DNA of 64,000 nt, from assembly GCF_035627455.1 (NCBI RefSeq), contig NZ_DASPLS010000072.1, positions 32,276 to 96,275 on the forward strand. The letters run 5' to 3'. The translations under genes and the position numbers were made by a program. The notes beneath the pieces are model-generated. The model was not told the DNA's origin, ran no database searches, and saw only the letters and a program-made list of their open reading frames with translations. Positions 62,012 to 64,000 of the stretch are shown here, piece by piece. Every line of letters begins with the position of its first letter. Position 1 is the stretch's first letter. The DNA is from Noviherbaspirillum sp. GTDB taxonomy: Bacteria; Pseudomonadota; Gammaproteobacteria; Burkholderiales; Burkholderiaceae_D.

Positions 62012-63019
62012 ATGAACCTTGCCCCCCTTGCCGAAGTCACCCGCGGCGCACAGGTCGAATCGATCCATTACGGCGCGGTCGCGGTCGTCGACCGGCGCGG
62101 CGAACTGCTGTACAGCGCGGGCGATCCGCACTTCCTGACCTTTACCCGCTCGACCATCAAGCCGTTCCAGGCGCTGCCTTTCCTGCGCGCCGGCGGTCCT
62201 GGCCGTTTCGGCTACGGCAGCAGGGAAATGGCGCTGCTGTGCGCCAGCCACTCGGGCGAGGCGATGCATGTCGATACGGTGCAAGGGATGCTGCGCAAGG
62301 CGGGCTGCGATGAGCACCATCTGCGCTGCGGCTGCCATGTGCCGATCCTTTACGCGACGCAGGGCAGCACCCCGCCGCCGGGCGAAACGTTTACCCAGCT
62401 GCACAACAACTGCAGCGGCAAGCATGCCGGCTTCCTCGCGCATTGCGTGCAGCAGGGGCTGCCGCTCGATACCTACATCGATCCGTCGCATCAGCTGCAG
62501 CAGGCGATCCGCGAAGACCTGGGGCGCGTGGCCGGTATCGCGCAGGATGGGATGGCGATGGGCATCGACGGCTGTTCGGCGCCCAACTACGCGTTGCCGC
62601 TGTCGCGCCTGGCCTATACCTATGCGCGGCTGGCGCAGGGCGACGCCGACCCGGACCACGGGAGCCTGATGGGCGACCTGTTCCGCGCAATGACCGCGCA
62701 TCCGGAACTGGTATCCGGCACCGGCCGCGTCGATCTCGCGCTGATGCAGGCGGCGCCGGGGGACTGGGTGGCAAAGGGCGGTGCGGAAGGCGTGCAGGTG
62801 CTCGGGATCCGCTCCGCCGGACTCGGCATCGCGATCAAGGTCGCGGATGGACATGCGCGCGGCCTGGCGGCGGCGACCGTGTCGGTCCTGGAACAGCTTG
62901 GGCTGCTTGCGGCGGCGGACACCACGCCGCTCGATTCCTGGCGCAGCACCGAACAGCGCAACCTGCGCGGCCTGCACACCGGGGAGGTCCGCGCCGCCGT
63001 CACGCTCGCGAGAACTTGA
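62012..63019 (+). CDS. L-asparaginase II (Rhizobium AnsA-type)
   Basis: RSTIKPFQA, CASHSGE, HNNCSGKH, IDGCSAP, KGGAEG. Confidence 0.9.
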   Translation: MNLAPLAEVTRGAQVESIHYGAVAVVDRRGELLYSAGDPHFLTFTRSTIKPFQALPFLRAGGPGRFGYGSREMALLCASHSGEAMHVDTVQGMLRKAGCDEHHLRCGCHVPILYATQGSTPPPGETFTQLHNNCSGKHAGFLAHCVQQGLPLDTYIDPSHQLQQAIREDLGRVAGIAQDGMAMGIDGCSAPNYALPLSRLAYTYARLAQGDADPDHGSLMGDLFRAMTAHPELVSGTGRVDLALMQAAPGDWVAKGGAEGVQVLGIRSAGLGIAIKVADGHARGLAAATVSVLEQLGLLAAADTTPLDSWRSTEQRNLRGLHTGEVRAAVTLART

Positions 63020-63103
63020 TCTGGCGCCGCTGCGCGGCGGCCGCCATTGTGCTACCGTGAGTCCTCATTCACGCATCACGCTTTATGCAGTTGGAAAAAC
63101 ATC

Positions 63104-63553
63104 ATGCAAAGACGTTCATTCCTGCAGGGGACGCTCGCCGCGCTCCTGCTTCCCGCGTTTTCCGCCCGTGCCGCCCAGCCGGTCATCGAGGTGTACAAGA
63201 CGCCGACCTGCGGTTGCTGCCATCTCTGGGTTGACCATTTGCGCGCGAACGGTTTCACGGTGACCGCCCGCGACGTTTCCGACACCTCTCCCTATCGCCG
63301 CAAGTTCGGCGTGCCCGAGGAGCTCGGCTCCTGCCACACCGGCGTCGTCGGCGGCTACGCGATCGAAGGTCATGTCCCAGCCCAGGACATCAAGCGGCTG
63401 CTGGCGGAAAAGCCGAAGGCGAAAGGCCTGGCGGTGCCGGGAATGCCGATGGGCTCGCCCGGCATGGAGCAGGGATCGCGCAAGGATCCCTACGATGTGA
63501 TGCTGATCCAGGCCGACGGCCGGCACAAGGTGTACCGGCACGTCGGCGCATGA
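63104..63553 (+). CDS. DUF411 (CopG-like) metal-binding protein, core copy
   Basis: RRSFL Tat-like leader, YKTPTCGCC, SCHT, EGHVP, PGMPMGSPGME. Confidence 0.9.
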   Translation: MQRRSFLQGTLAALLLPAFSARAAQPVIEVYKTPTCGCCHLWVDHLRANGFTVTARDVSDTSPYRRKFGVPEELGSCHTGVVGGYAIEGHVPAQDIKRLLAEKPKAKGLAVPGMPMGSPGMEQGSRKDPYDVMLIQADGRHKVYRHVGA

Positions 63554-64000
63554 TCAGTGACCGTGATGCATGCCGCCATGGCCGGCGGCTGCGTCGCGCA
63601 CGGTGACCTTCACGTCCGTCTTGCCGGCTTTCTCGAAGACCAGCGTCACCGGGAAGGACTCGCCCGCCTTGAGCGGCTGCTTCAGGCCCATCAGCATCAG
63701 GTGGTAGCCGTCACCCGGCTTCATCTCGATGCGCTCGCCGGCCTTGATCTCGACGCGGCCGACTTCGCGCATCTTCATCACGTTGCCCTCCATCGACATG
63801 GTATGGATCTCGACGCTCTTGGCCACCGGCGAACTGGCGCCGACCAGCGCATCGTTCGCCTTGCCCTTGTTCTCGATCGTGACATAAGCGCCGCCCGCCG
63901 GCTGTTTCGGCGCGGTGGCGCGCGCGAAAGAATTATGTATCCGCAAGTCGTTCAGCCGGGTTTCCTCGGCATGGGCAGGGATGCTGAAAGCGGCGGCAAT
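63554..64000 (-). CDS. PCu(A)C copper chaperone, 5' end outside the window
   Basis: GGAYVTI, VEIHTM...MKMR, PGDGYHLML, His-rich C-terminus. Confidence 0.9.
   Translation of the reverse strand: MAAAFSIPAHAEETRLNDLRIHNSFARATAPKQPAGGAYVTIENKGKANDALVGASSPVAKSVEIHTMSMEGNVMKMREVGRVEIKAGERIEMKPGDGYHLMLMGLKQPLKAGESFPVTLVFEKAGKTDVKVTVRDAAAGHGGMHHGH

Overview
GC-rich betaproteobacterial chromosome segment; the gene set (phaM-like, DUF3108 pair, fused IOR, Burkholderiales-type porin) suggests Oxalobacteraceae/Noviherbaspirillum-like, inferred without a database search. Core blocks: DUF484-porin-dapF-two lipid A acyltransferases; methyl-cycle genes metK (SAM-II-like riboswitch), ahcY (SAH riboswitch) and metF; slt; GST; Lrp-hppD-phhA; IOR; queC; phaM; rfaE2; type II asparaginase. 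There are two accessory regions. (1) A ~10.6 kb lower-GC heavy-metal island with no integrase sits inside cca. The 5' cca stops at the start of the HD domain. The island's far end carries a divergent, HD-dead CCA C-terminal ORF that begins where the host piece ends, and a frameshifted host cca 3' remnant follows it. The island has a CueR-type promoter and two divergent His-rich leader ORFs ending in RPP motifs. (2) A co-directional 13.4 kb cluster encodes a TPP enzyme, two citrate-synthase-fold proteins with substituted catalytic residues, a sulfotransferase, APS kinase, a TonB receptor, an orphan binding protein and a 1490-aa kinase-REC-REC-HPt-REC-GGDEF-EAL protein. This is the best candidate for an undescribed small-molecule synthesis-and-sensing system. 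Also present: a 159-bp TA-flanked MITE-like element, a Ser/Thr kinase-USP/phosphoesterase/cNMP-binding module and a frameshifted MFS pseudogene. No tRNA, rRNA or CRISPR array was seen. All family assignments come from motif recognition by eye.
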